DNA of 64,000 nucleotides from an uncultured Thermoplasmata archaeon (GTDB taxonomy: Archaea; Thermoplasmatota; Thermoplasmata; RBG-16-68-12). Under the pieces are notes generated by a model that saw only the letters and a list, made by a program, of their open reading frames with translations, searched no databases and had not been told where the DNA came from. Below are positions 46,113-55,442 of the stretch, piece by piece. The translations under genes and the position numbers were made by a program. Position 1 is the stretch's first letter, and each line of letters opens with the position of its first letter. The DNA lies in NCBI GenBank assembly GCA_963768855.1, contig CAVYJM010000012.1, positions 29,451-93,450 of the forward strand, given 5' to 3'.

Positions 46113-47702
46113 ATGGGGAACTATCTGGTCTTCCTGCCCGAGACGATCCTTGTGGTCGTCGGCTTCGCATCGATCGTCCTCGGTTTCGCATGGGGGAAGC
46201 GCCCCGTGTACCTCTGGGCGATGGCCCTCGCCGGGACCCTCGTCTCCCTCGTGATTACGCTCGACATGATGGGCGTCGGGCTCTCCGGTCTGCTCGGCCT
46301 TCAGCTCTGGCCGGCGCCGATCGGGCTGCAAGGGGACTTCACGGGGGAGCTCAAGCTCCGGGTCGACGCGTTCGCTCTCCTGTTCCACCTGGTCTTCCTG
46401 CTGATTGGGTTCCTGGCCATCCTGGCCTCCCGGGGCTTCATCCACGCAGACGAGCCGCACCAGGGCGAGTACTACGGGCTCATGCTCCTCGCGATCGTCG
46501 GCATGATGTTCACGGCCGCGGCGACCGACCTGTTCGTCCTCTTCCTCGCGTTCGAGACCTCGAGCATGAGCACCTTCGCGCTCGTGGCCTTCCGCAAGAA
46601 GGACAAGGAGTCCACGGAGGCCGCGGTGAAGTTCTTCATCATCGGGGCGATCAGTTCGTCGATCATCCTCTTCGGGATCTCCCTGATCTACGGCGTCTCG
46701 GGCTCGACCGCGATCGGACCTACTCTCGACCTCACGAAGCTCCAGATGGGACTCACGATCTCCGCGAATCCCGGGATGGAGCCGCCCCTCATCGTTGCGC
46801 TCGTCCTGCTCGTCGCGGGCTTCGGCTTCAAGGCCGCGGTGGTCCCCTTCCACATGTGGGCGCCCGACGTGTACCAGGGCTCGCCCACCACGATCAGCAC
46901 CTTCCTGGCCGCGGGCTCGAAGATGGTCGGCGTCGTCGCCCTCTTCCGGGTCTTCCTCATCGGGCTCCTGTCGATCCAGATCGACTGGGTGATCGCGATC
47001 GCGGTCCTGGCCATCGCCACGCAGACCGTCGGCAACGTGCTCGCGATCCCGCAGCGGAGCGTGAAGCGCATGCTCGCGTACTCGAGCATCGCCCAGGTGG
47101 GGTACATCCTCATCGCGATCCCGGTCGGGGCCGTCGCGCTGAGCGCGGGCAGCTCGGACCCGGCCGTCTCGGCGGCAGCCATCACCGTGGCGACCGCCGC
47201 CCTCATCGGCGCGGGCTTCCACGTGCTGACGTACGCCGCGATGAAGGGGGGCGCCTTCCTCGTCGTCGCGGGGACCCAGTCGCGCGGCATCGCGGACGAC
47301 ATGGACGCCTACCGCGGTCTGAGCCGCCGCATGCCCTTCATGGCCGCTGCGATGACCATCTTCCTGCTGAGCCTAGCGGGCATCCCGCCGCTCGCGGGAT
47401 TCTTCAGCAAGTTCTTCCTCTTCTCGAGTGCGATCAGCGCGATGCAGTTCAGCCCGTGGTACGTCGTGCTGGCGATCTCCGGGGTCCTGAACAGCGCGCT
47501 CTCCATGTACTACTACGCGCGGGTCATCTGGTACATGTACATCCTGGAGCCTGAGGGGGAGGTCGTCAAGATGGAGGCACCGCGGTCGATCTCGGCGGGC
47601 GTCTTCATCTCTTTGGGGATCGTGTTCCTGACCGCTCCGCTCGCGTTCTGGATCCTGAACTTCCTGAACATCGCCGCGCGGTCGTTCTTCGGCTTCCCGT
47701 GA
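46113..47702 (+). CDS. nuoN: Nuo-like complex subunit N
   Basis: From ATG 46113. PFHMWAPDVYQGSPTTISTFLAAGSKMVG is the N-type signature. Confidence 0.9.
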   Translation: MGNYLVFLPETILVVVGFASIVLGFAWGKRPVYLWAMALAGTLVSLVITLDMMGVGLSGLLGLQLWPAPIGLQGDFTGELKLRVDAFALLFHLVFLLIGFLAILASRGFIHADEPHQGEYYGLMLLAIVGMMFTAAATDLFVLFLAFETSSMSTFALVAFRKKDKESTEAAVKFFIIGAISSSIILFGISLIYGVSGSTAIGPTLDLTKLQMGLTISANPGMEPPLIVALVLLVAGFGFKAAVVPFHMWAPDVYQGSPTTISTFLAAGSKMVGVVALFRVFLIGLLSIQIDWVIAIAVLAIATQTVGNVLAIPQRSVKRMLAYSSIAQVGYILIAIPVGAVALSAGSSDPAVSAAAITVATAALIGAGFHVLTYAAMKGGAFLVVAGTQSRGIADDMDAYRGLSRRMPFMAAAMTIFLLSLAGIPPLAGFFSKFFLFSSAISAMQFSPWYVVLAISGVLNSALSMYYYARVIWYMYILEPEGEVVKMEAPRSISAGVFISLGIVFLTAPLAFWILNFLNIAARSFFGFP

Positions 47703-47760
47703 GCCGTGCGGGGACCCCCCGAGAAGGCTTTTACGTCCCGTCGACCCATGCCTGCATCGG

Positions 47761-48888
47761 ATGCCGCCCGAGCCCGAGGCGAGCCGCCACGTGGTCCTCC
47801 ATGTGGACATGGACGCCTTCTACGCCGCAGTGGAGATCCGGGAACACCCGGATCTCGCGGGGAAGCCCGTGGTCGTCGGCGCGGACCCGCGGGACGGCCA
47901 CACCCGCGGCGTCGTCCTCACGGCGAGCTACGAGGCGCGCCGGTTCGGCGTGCACTCCGCGATGCCCTGCACCCAGGCGCTCCGCCTCTGCCCCGAGGCC
48001 GTGTTCGTCATGCCCCACCACGGCCTGTACGGGCGGGTTTCCCAGGAGATCATGGCCACATTGCACCGGTACGCGGACCGCCTCGAGCCCTCGGGGATCG
48101 AGGAGGGCTACCTCGACCTCACCGCGCGGTCCGGCGGGGATTTCCTCCGCGCAACGGAGGTCGCGAAAGAGGTGAAGGCCGCCATCCGGACGGAGCACCG
48201 GCTGAGTTGCTCGATCGGCATCGCGCCGAGCAAGGCCGTCGCGAAGATCGCCTCGGACTTCCAGAAGCCAGACGGCCTGACGGTCGTCCTGCCGGACCAC
48301 GTCGTCGAGTTCCTCGCGCCGATCTCGATTCGCAAGGTGTACGGCGTCGGCCCGAAGACGGCGGAGCGGCTCCGGGAGATGGGGCTCGAGTCGATCGGGG
48401 ACGTCCAGGCGATGCCCCGCGAAGACCTCGTGGAAACGCTGGGCGGGTTCGGCGAGTACCTGCACGACGTGGCGTTCGGCCGGGATGCTGGAGAGGTCGT
48501 CGAGCCCACCGGTCCCCCCGAGTCGATCAGCACGGAGACCACGTTCTCGCGGGACCTCGCGAGCTACGAAGAGGTCTGGCCCGAACTGGAGGACCTCGCC
48601 CGCTCGCTGCACGCCCAGCTCCTCGAGGAGCACTACTCCTACCGGACCGTGTCGCTCAAGGTGAAGTACTCCAATTTCGAGGTCCACACGCGCTCTCGCA
48701 GCCTCAAGGTGTACACCGCCGATCTGGAGCCGATTCTGGTCCTGTGCCAGGTCCTGCTCAAGGAGGTCCTCCTTTCCGAACGCAAGGTGCGGCTCATCGG
48801 CGTGCGGCTGTCGAACCTCACGGAGCACCCGGCGCCTCAGGCCACCCTCGCCCGCTGGTCGCCCGTCGCCGCGGCTAGAGGACCTTGA
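47761..48888 (+). CDS. dinB: Y-family DNA polymerase IV (Dpo4/DinB)
   Basis: VVLHVDMDAFYAAVE, SIGIAPSK and KVYGVGPKT motifs. Confidence 0.9.
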   Translation: MPPEPEASRHVVLHVDMDAFYAAVEIREHPDLAGKPVVVGADPRDGHTRGVVLTASYEARRFGVHSAMPCTQALRLCPEAVFVMPHHGLYGRVSQEIMATLHRYADRLEPSGIEEGYLDLTARSGGDFLRATEVAKEVKAAIRTEHRLSCSIGIAPSKAVAKIASDFQKPDGLTVVLPDHVVEFLAPISIRKVYGVGPKTAERLREMGLESIGDVQAMPREDLVETLGGFGEYLHDVAFGRDAGEVVEPTGPPESISTETTFSRDLASYEEVWPELEDLARSLHAQLLEEHYSYRTVSLKVKYSNFEVHTRSRSLKVYTADLEPILVLCQVLLKEVLLSERKVRLIGVRLSNLTEHPAPQATLARWSPVAAARGP

Positions 48889-49804
48889 CGCTCAGCGCGC
48901 TCTGCACGTTGTCGATCTTGTTCGCCACGGTGAAGAAAGGCGAACCGGCGAAGAGCAGGCCGACCGCGTTCCCCTGGAAGTCCATGATCAGCGCGCCGGA
49001 ATCCCCGCCGGCGCTGAAGGAGCCTTTGTCTCCCCGCACGATCATCTGGTCGCTGAAGAGGTACGAGCCCGTCGCGTAGCCGACCCGGAGGGTCGCGCTG
49101 ACGTCCTGGACCACGCCGTTCGTGACCCGCGTGGTCCGGCCGCTCTTCATCACCTTCTCCTCCAGGTCGACCGCCCGCGTGCCGCGCACTCGGCCGATGT
49201 TGAGGATGTCCGGCGAAACGTCGCGCGCGTCGAACGGCAGCGCGAGCGCGGCGTCGACCGTGTTCGTCTCCTGCGTCTCGACCTTGACGAAGGCGTCGAG
49301 CCTCGCGATGACGTCCTTGTCCTCCTTGCCCCCGTCGAACCGACCGGGCTGGAGGATCGGGTCGCCCTCCACCCCGCGGTTCTCGTTCGCCAAGACGTGG
49401 TTGTTGCTGAGGATGCAGACGTCCTGCCCACGCTTCACGAGGCAGCCGAGGGTCCCGGCCGTGATCGCGTAATGCCCGATCGACAGCCCGCCCATCGCGG
49501 GGCGCACCTTGCGGTGGTAGATTGGGGGGATGGGCCGCCAGATTGAGAACTCCCCCGCCTGCTCGATGTCCGTGGGCACGCCCTCGATCTCGTCGGGGAT
49601 GACCTCCCCGTCCTTCACGAGGAGCGGGTGCAGTTTCTCCTTGACATACACCTTGACCGCGACGTCTTCTGTGAGCAGGCCGTGGGTGCGCTTCTTGCCC
49701 AGGCCCACGCCGACGACGTTCGGGTTGAGGTTTGACGTCACGCCCTCCATCTCGACCCCGAGGTACTGGGCCTCGCAGACCTGCCTCGCCTCTTCCGGTT
49801 TCAT
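48875..49804 (-). CDS. chymotrypsin-fold (S1-like) serine protease with N-terminal pro-domain-like region
   Basis: 309 aa. Catalytic triad candidates are H in SNNHVLA, D in VDAALA and S in GGDSGALI. Confidence 0.7.
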   Translation of the reverse strand: MKPEEARQVCEAQYLGVEMEGVTSNLNPNVVGVGLGKKRTHGLLTEDVAVKVYVKEKLHPLLVKDGEVIPDEIEGVPTDIEQAGEFSIWRPIPPIYHRKVRPAMGGLSIGHYAITAGTLGCLVKRGQDVCILSNNHVLANENRGVEGDPILQPGRFDGGKEDKDVIARLDAFVKVETQETNTVDAALALPFDARDVSPDILNIGRVRGTRAVDLEEKVMKSGRTTRVTNGVVQDVSATLRVGYATGSYLFSDQMIVRGDKGSFSAGGDSGALIMDFQGNAVGLLFAGSPFFTVANKIDNVQSALSVKVL

Positions 49805-49814
49805 CGCATCCCTC

Positions 49815-50027
49815 CTAGAGCGCCTTGAACGGTCCCGAGACGACGATCTCCACGGGCACGTCCTCGAGGGCGTCGGGCACGGCCTTGCGGACCTTCGGGG
49901 TGTCCTTGTCGACGTACACGCGGATGACCGGCTTCCCTCCGGACCGCCCGATGCCGACGCCGACGACGCCCGGCGTCCTCATCAGTCGGGCTTCGTGGCG
50001 ATTCTTGACCTCCTCCACTGAGGCCAT
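49815..50027 (-). CDS. small protein homologous to the N-terminal domain of the adjacent protease
   Basis: 70 aa from ATG 50027. TPGVVGVGIGRSGGKPVIRVYVDKD...VPDALEDVPVEIVVSGPF aligns with NPNVVGVGLGKK...VKVYVKEK...IPDEIEGVPTDIEQAGEF of the protease. The stop lies 10 nt before the protease ATG. Confidence 0.55.
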   Translation of the reverse strand: MASVEEVKNRHEARLMRTPGVVGVGIGRSGGKPVIRVYVDKDTPKVRKAVPDALEDVPVEIVVSGPFKAL

Positions 50028-50289
50028 GCAGACGGCATGGAGCGCGTGCGGCATAAACCCACTGAGGGGATGCCGGTATGGGGGAACCGCAGCTCTCCTT
50101 CCGCACCTCCGGTCTGGGGACGAGGTGGGTGCACCCCCGCCACTGCGGGACGGCAAAGGGGCGTCGTTCGCGGCCGCGCTTGGCCGGGTCGTATATACAC
50201 ATCGGAGCCGTGGTTAGGAACGCTTAAATCGTCGGGACAGGCCATCCCTGCAAAACCTCATCGAGGTCCTTTCCAGGGAGGCGGGGACG

Positions 50290-51516
50290 ATGGCTTTTGA
50301 TACAGGCGACATCGCCTGGGTGTTGGCGGCGACCGGTCTCGTCATGCTCATGACACCGGCCTTGGGGTTCTTCTACGGCGGTCTGGTCCGAAGGAAGAAT
50401 CTCGTGTCCACGATCGTGCAGTGTATGATTGTCTTCGCGGTCGTGAGCCTCGTTTGGGCCCTGTGGGGCTACAGCCTGGCCTTCGGCCCGAACGTCGGAG
50501 GGGTCATCGGAAACCTCAACAACGCCGTGCTCATCGGAGTCGATGCGAAGACGCCCTCCTTCTACGCCGCGACCATCCCAGCCCTCCTTTACTTTGCGTT
50601 CCAACTCAAGTTCGCGGCGATCACTCCCGCCCTCATCATCGGGGCCTTCGCGGAGCGGATCCGGTTCAAGGCCCTCCTCATCTTCATCGTGCTCTGGGCC
50701 ACGCTCATCTACGCCCCGATCGCGCATTGGGTCTGGGGCGACGGCGGATGGCTGCGGGCCCTGGGCGTGCTCGACTTCGCGGGCGGTCTCGTCGTCCACG
50801 TCTCCGCGGGCCTCTCGGCGGTGGCTGCGGCGTTGGTCATCGGCCGGCGCAAGGACCTGGATGGGAACCACAACCCCCGGCCCAACAACATCCCCTTCGT
50901 GATTCTTGGTGCAGCGATCCTGTGGTTCGGTTGGTTCGGGTTCAACGGCGGGAGCGCGCTCCGGGCGGACGATGTGGCGGTCAACGCGCTCGTGGTGACG
51001 AACCTGTCGGCCTCCGCATCCGCGGTCAGCTGGATGCTCGTCGACTGGATCTGGAAGGGGAAGCCCTCGGCCGTCGGCATCTCAATCGGAGCGGTCGCCG
51101 GGATGGTGGCCATCACGCCCGCGGCCGGATTCGTCGGACCCGCCGCCAGCTTGGTGATCGGAGTCGGGGCTGGGATCGCTTCGAACCTCGTCTCGAACTG
51201 GCGCGCTCGAACCCACCTGGACGACTCCCTGGATGTCTTCGCCTGTCACGGGATGGGCGCCATCTGGGGGATGATTGCCACGGGGATCTTCGCCGATGTC
51301 GCGATCAATTCGGCCGGGGGGAACGGGATCCTCAATGGGAACTTCGGACTCATTGGAGTCCAGGCGCTTGGAGTGGCCGTCGTCGCGGCGTTCTCGTTCT
51401 TCGGGTCGTTCGGCCTCCTGAAGCTGATCAACCTCTTCACCCCGGTGCGCGTCAGCCCTGCGGAAGAGGAGGCAGGCCTCGACCTGAGCCAGCACGGCGA
51501 GGAAGCCTACACTTGA
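50290..51516 (+). CDS. amt: ammonium transporter
   Basis: 408 aa. FFYGGLVRRKN, DFAGGLVVH and FGFNGGS motifs. Confidence 0.9.
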   Translation: MAFDTGDIAWVLAATGLVMLMTPALGFFYGGLVRRKNLVSTIVQCMIVFAVVSLVWALWGYSLAFGPNVGGVIGNLNNAVLIGVDAKTPSFYAATIPALLYFAFQLKFAAITPALIIGAFAERIRFKALLIFIVLWATLIYAPIAHWVWGDGGWLRALGVLDFAGGLVVHVSAGLSAVAAALVIGRRKDLDGNHNPRPNNIPFVILGAAILWFGWFGFNGGSALRADDVAVNALVVTNLSASASAVSWMLVDWIWKGKPSAVGISIGAVAGMVAITPAAGFVGPAASLVIGVGAGIASNLVSNWRARTHLDDSLDVFACHGMGAIWGMIATGIFADVAINSAGGNGILNGNFGLIGVQALGVAVVAAFSFFGSFGLLKLINLFTPVRVSPAEEEAGLDLSQHGEEAYT

Positions 51517-51739
51517 AGGGCGTGCAGAAGGACACAAGGATGAGGGCCCGCGAGATCAGCGCGGCCCAGCCGTGAAACCGAATACGGCCTCCGGCCAAGC
51601 CGTGGAGGCGGCGGCACCAGATCGTCGGGACCGGCACCTACGGCACTGCCGCGGGTGCCCCATCGCCCCCGGGTGAGGGGCGGGGAGGACGCATGGGTGC
51701 CCCTGGACCCAGCGCCTCGTCAGATTGTGCGAGGGCACT

Positions 51740-53134
51740 TCACGGCGGCGGGGGTCGGATGTAGCCGTCCTGCATCAGGGTGCGGGTCAGGTCATGGGCC
51801 CGCTTGATCTGAGCGTACGCGGTGTCGTGCAGGTCTTGGCGGGTGCGCTTCACGCGGGCGATACCCTGCTCCTGGGCCTTCATCGCGACCGCGACGGCCT
51901 CGCTCACGAAGACCTCGAGGTCGTCCATCGTCGGCACGATGTGCTCCTCGTCGAGCCCACGCTCCTCCTGGAAGCGCGCGAGCTCCGTTGCCGCGGCGAT
52001 GCACATCTCGTCCGTGATCGTCTTCGCGCGCACGTCCAGGGTGCCGCGGAAGATCCCGGGGAAGCCGAGGCTGTTGTTGACTTGGTTCGGGAAGTCGCTG
52101 CGGCCCGTCGCGATGACGCGCGCTCCGGCCTCCTGGGCCTCCCAGGGCCAGATTTCCGGCACCGGGTTCGCGATGGCGAAGATGATCGAGTCGTCCGCCA
52201 TGCCCGCGACCCATTCCTTCTTGATTGTGCCGGGCCCGGGCTTGGACGCCGCGATGACGACGTCGGCACCCTTCATGCCCTCCGGGATGCCTCCGTGCCG
52301 GTCCTCGATGTTCGTGGTCTGGGCGAGCTCCCACTTCTCGACGTACTCCTTGGCCTGCGCCTCGAGGTCCTTGCGGTGCTTGCAGATGATGCCTTTCGAG
52401 TCGACGAGGATGAGGTTCTTCGCGCTCGCGCCGGCGTCGAGGAGGACCTTCGCGGTCCGGATGTTCGACGCCCCGGAGCCCACGAGGGTGATCGTGGCCT
52501 CGGACATCTTCTTCCCGACGACCTTGAGGGCGTTGATCACGCCCGCGGTGTTGATCGTCGCGGTCCCTTGCTGGTCGTCGTGCCAGACCGCGATCTCGCA
52601 CTCCTTGCGGAGGCGCTGCAGGATGTAGAAGCACTTGGGCTGGGAGATGTCCTCGAGGTTGATCCCGCCGAAGTTGGGCGTGATCAGCTTGACCGTCTCG
52701 ATGATCTTCTCCGGGTCCTTCGTCGCGAGCGGGATGGGGACTGCGTCGATGCCACCCAGGTACTTGAACAGGAGTCCCTTGCCCTCCATGACCGGGAGAC
52801 CCGCCTCCGGGCCGATGTCGCCGAGGCCGAGGACCCGCGTCCCGTCCGTCACGACGGCCACGTTGTTCCACTTGTTCGTCAAGGACCAGACCTTGAGCGG
52901 ATCCGCCTTGATCTCCAGACACGGCTGCGCCACGCCGGGGGTGTACCAGATTCCGAAGTCGCTCAGGCTCCGGACGGGCACGCGCGGCACGACCTCGATC
53001 TTGCCTTGGTAGAAGGGATGATACTTCGCGCTGAGTTCCTTGGGCAGGTTCGCCTTCTTGAGGTTTTCCTCGACTTCCTGCGGGGTCGGGGCCTTGATAG
53101 CCTTTCCGGCCGGTCGCTTCTTCTGTGCGAGCAT
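51740..53134 (-). CDS. NAD(P)-dependent malic enzyme
   Basis: 464 aa. VVTDGTRVLGLGDIG, GINLEDI, WHDDQQGTA and GSGASN motifs. Confidence 0.9.
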   Translation of the reverse strand: MLAQKKRPAGKAIKAPTPQEVEENLKKANLPKELSAKYHPFYQGKIEVVPRVPVRSLSDFGIWYTPGVAQPCLEIKADPLKVWSLTNKWNNVAVVTDGTRVLGLGDIGPEAGLPVMEGKGLLFKYLGGIDAVPIPLATKDPEKIIETVKLITPNFGGINLEDISQPKCFYILQRLRKECEIAVWHDDQQGTATINTAGVINALKVVGKKMSEATITLVGSGASNIRTAKVLLDAGASAKNLILVDSKGIICKHRKDLEAQAKEYVEKWELAQTTNIEDRHGGIPEGMKGADVVIAASKPGPGTIKKEWVAGMADDSIIFAIANPVPEIWPWEAQEAGARVIATGRSDFPNQVNNSLGFPGIFRGTLDVRAKTITDEMCIAAATELARFQEERGLDEEHIVPTMDDLEVFVSEAVAVAMKAQEQGIARVKRTRQDLHDTAYAQIKRAHDLTRTLMQDGYIRPPPP

Positions 53135-53308
53135 GATCTCACCCGAGAACGATATTGCGCGACACCCCTGGGACGCCGTTTAAACCTTTCTCCCGGAACG
53201 TATGTTCCATGGGTACGGAATCGTCACGTAACGAAGACGCGGGAGGCCCCTTCACGATCCGCGCCGTCGGGGCCCAGGTTTATCCGAGGCGGCGTTCGTG
53301 GAAGGCGT

Positions 53309-54043
53309 GTGCTCACCACGGTAGTCGATCGAACGCATCGCGCGGACGTCGCGGCTGTTCGTTCCACGTTTCAGGATGTCGAGCGCAGGCTCGCGGAGCA
53401 CGACTTGCGGGTCGCGTGGCCCGTCGCGGTCGAGGTCGTCTCGATGCCGATTATGGGCGCCACGAAGTCCGTCAAGGGCCACCACACCCTCTTCGCCTCG
53501 CTCGACGCCGTACGCTCCAATGCGCTCGACGGGCTCCTCGCGCACGAGATGGGCCACATGATCCGGACCGAGGCCCGCCACCCCTCTCACGATCCCGTGA
53601 TCTACGAGGCGATGGGCAAGGCGGTGCACGTTCCCCGCGCGGGGCTGCACGCCCTCGGGGAGGCCTTCAACCACGTCCAGGACATCTACGCTGACGATCT
53701 TGCGTTCCTATCCGGCTTCGAGGACCGCGCGCACGAGTTCTTCCGAGTGTGGATCGAGGGCAACTCCCGAAGGCGGAGCAAGGACCGCTGGCAGAACGTG
53801 AGTCACAGCGTGACGAACGGCTTTGCCCTCGGGAACCTCCGGCGTCACGGGTTACTGGAGCCGGACGATCCGCTCTGGCTCCCGGCCCACAGTTACGACC
53901 AGCGGTCCGGTTTCAAGGCCGTCGACGGATTCGCGGAGTACTTCGCGACCCTCCCCCCGGATCCGACACCCCCGGCCTTCGTGGAGCGCGTGAAGTTCCT
54001 GGCGGATTCCATGTCGCGGACCGCCGACTCGCGCAGCCTTTAA
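53309..54043 (+). CDS. putative zinc metallopeptidase (HExxH motif)
   Basis: The last 244 codons of ORF 51725..54043, from GTG 53309. LLAHEMGHMIR. The upstream part of that ORF is antisense to the malic enzyme gene. Confidence 0.5.
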   Translation: MLTTVVDRTHRADVAAVRSTFQDVERRLAEHDLRVAWPVAVEVVSMPIMGATKSVKGHHTLFASLDAVRSNALDGLLAHEMGHMIRTEARHPSHDPVIYEAMGKAVHVPRAGLHALGEAFNHVQDIYADDLAFLSGFEDRAHEFFRVWIEGNSRRRSKDRWQNVSHSVTNGFALGNLRRHGLLEPDDPLWLPAHSYDQRSGFKAVDGFAEYFATLPPDPTPPAFVERVKFLADSMSRTADSRSL

Positions 54044-54084
54044 TAGGAAGGGGAAGGTGAACCCGCGTCACGCGAGGTGACCGT

Positions 54085-54972
54085 GTGCCCGAGGAGCTAG
54101 ACACGACCCAGGTCCCGCCCCACATCATGGCGGCCATGCGCGAGCGCATGAAGATGGCGCAGCGCATGGGGAAGATCAAGCACAAGATCGTGGTCATGTC
54201 CGGGAAGGGCGGCGTTGGAAAATCGACCTGTGCAGCGAACTTGGCGTGTGTTCTCGCGACAGAAGGCAGAGTCGGCCTCGTCGACGCCGACGTCACGGGC
54301 CCGGACATCGCCATGATCATGGGCGTCGAGGACGCCGAGGTCGTCTCGAAGCAGGTCGGCAGTGAGACCCTCATGGAGCCCGTCGTCGGACCCAAAGGCG
54401 TCAAGGTCATCTCGATGGCCCACCTGATCGACCGCGACACGGCGGTCGTATGGCGCGGGCCGCTCAAGATCAAGGCGCTCAAACAAATGCTCTCGGACGT
54501 GAACTGGGGAGAGCTCGACTACCTGGTCATCGACCTGCCGCCGGGGACGAGCGACGAGCCGCTGAGCATCGCGCAGGAGATTCCCGACGCGGACGGAGCC
54601 GTCGTCGTCACGACGCCGCAGGAGGTCTCCCTCCTAGACGTCCGCAAGAGCATCAGCTTCGCGAAGGCCGTCAACCTCCCGATCCTCGGGGTCGTCGAGA
54701 ACATGAGCGGCCTCGTGTGCCCGCACTGCGGCAAGGAGATCGATGTGTTCAAGATCGGCGGCGGCGAGGCGGCCGCGAAGGAGCTCGGCCTCCCCTTCCT
54801 GGGGCGGATCCCGCTCGATCCTCGGATCGTCGTGGGCGGGGATGCCGGGAAGCCGTTCGTCCTCGAGCATCCTGATTCGCCGGCGGCGAAGGCTTTCCAG
54901 TCCGTGGTCGCAAGCCTGACGGCGCAGCTCAAGGAGCCCAAGCCGCGTCCGAGCGGCCCGCTCGCGAAGTGA
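54085..54972 (+). CDS. Mrp/NBP35-family Fe-S cluster carrier ATPase (ApbC-like)
   Basis: Deviant Walker A SGKGGVGKST, DLPPGTSD and a CPHCG motif. Confidence 0.9.
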   Translation: MPEELDTTQVPPHIMAAMRERMKMAQRMGKIKHKIVVMSGKGGVGKSTCAANLACVLATEGRVGLVDADVTGPDIAMIMGVEDAEVVSKQVGSETLMEPVVGPKGVKVISMAHLIDRDTAVVWRGPLKIKALKQMLSDVNWGELDYLVIDLPPGTSDEPLSIAQEIPDADGAVVVTTPQEVSLLDVRKSISFAKAVNLPILGVVENMSGLVCPHCGKEIDVFKIGGGEAAAKELGLPFLGRIPLDPRIVVGGDAGKPFVLEHPDSPAAKAFQSVVASLTAQLKEPKPRPSGPLAK

Positions 54973-55395
54973 TCAGGTCCAGCGCTTGAGGACGGCCTCA
55001 ATCTGGGGACGCGGGAGCGCGCCCACGATCCCGTCCACGAGCTTCCCGTCCTTGAACACGAGCATCGTGGGGATCGACATGACCCCGTACCGCTCCGAGG
55101 TCCGGGCGTTCTCGTCCACGTTCAGCTTCCCGAGTCGCATCTTGCCCGCCTGGTCCTTCGCGATCGCCTCGAGGGTCGGGGAGACGCGCAGGCACGGGCC
55201 GCACCACGCGGCCCAGAAGTCGACGAGGATCACTCCGGCCTTCCGGACTTCTGCATCGAACGTCGCGTCCGTCAGGAGGACGGGCTTGCCCCCCGCGGGG
55301 GTGGGCGCGGCGACCCCGGGGGTCTTCGCGCCGCCCATGAGCTCCTGCAGCCGCCGTGCGCGAATCGCCTCGAGTTCCGCGTCAGGTTCGGCCAT
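54973..55395 (-). CDS. trxA: thioredoxin
   Basis: WAAWCGPC active site. 140 aa with an N-terminal extension. Confidence 0.85.
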   Translation of the reverse strand: MAEPDAELEAIRARRLQELMGGAKTPGVAAPTPAGGKPVLLTDATFDAEVRKAGVILVDFWAAWCGPCLRVSPTLEAIAKDQAGKMRLGKLNVDENARTSERYGVMSIPTMLVFKDGKLVDGIVGALPRPQIEAVLKRWT

Positions 55396-55442
55396 GATGA
55401 ATCGAGCCGGGCCGCGGAATAAAAGGGTTTGGTTCGCACGGC

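Noticed and set aside
50290-51739. amt gene without an adjacent glnK (PII) gene
   Set aside because: The 223-nt downstream spacer has no PII-like ORF. amt without linked glnK occurs in many genomes, and glnK may lie elsewhere, so this is not informative on its own.
51725-53308. 5' two-thirds of the 772-aa plus-strand ORF 51725..54043
   Set aside because: It is antisense to the malic enzyme gene. Only the last 244 codons (from GTG 53309) read like a real protein (HEMGH).
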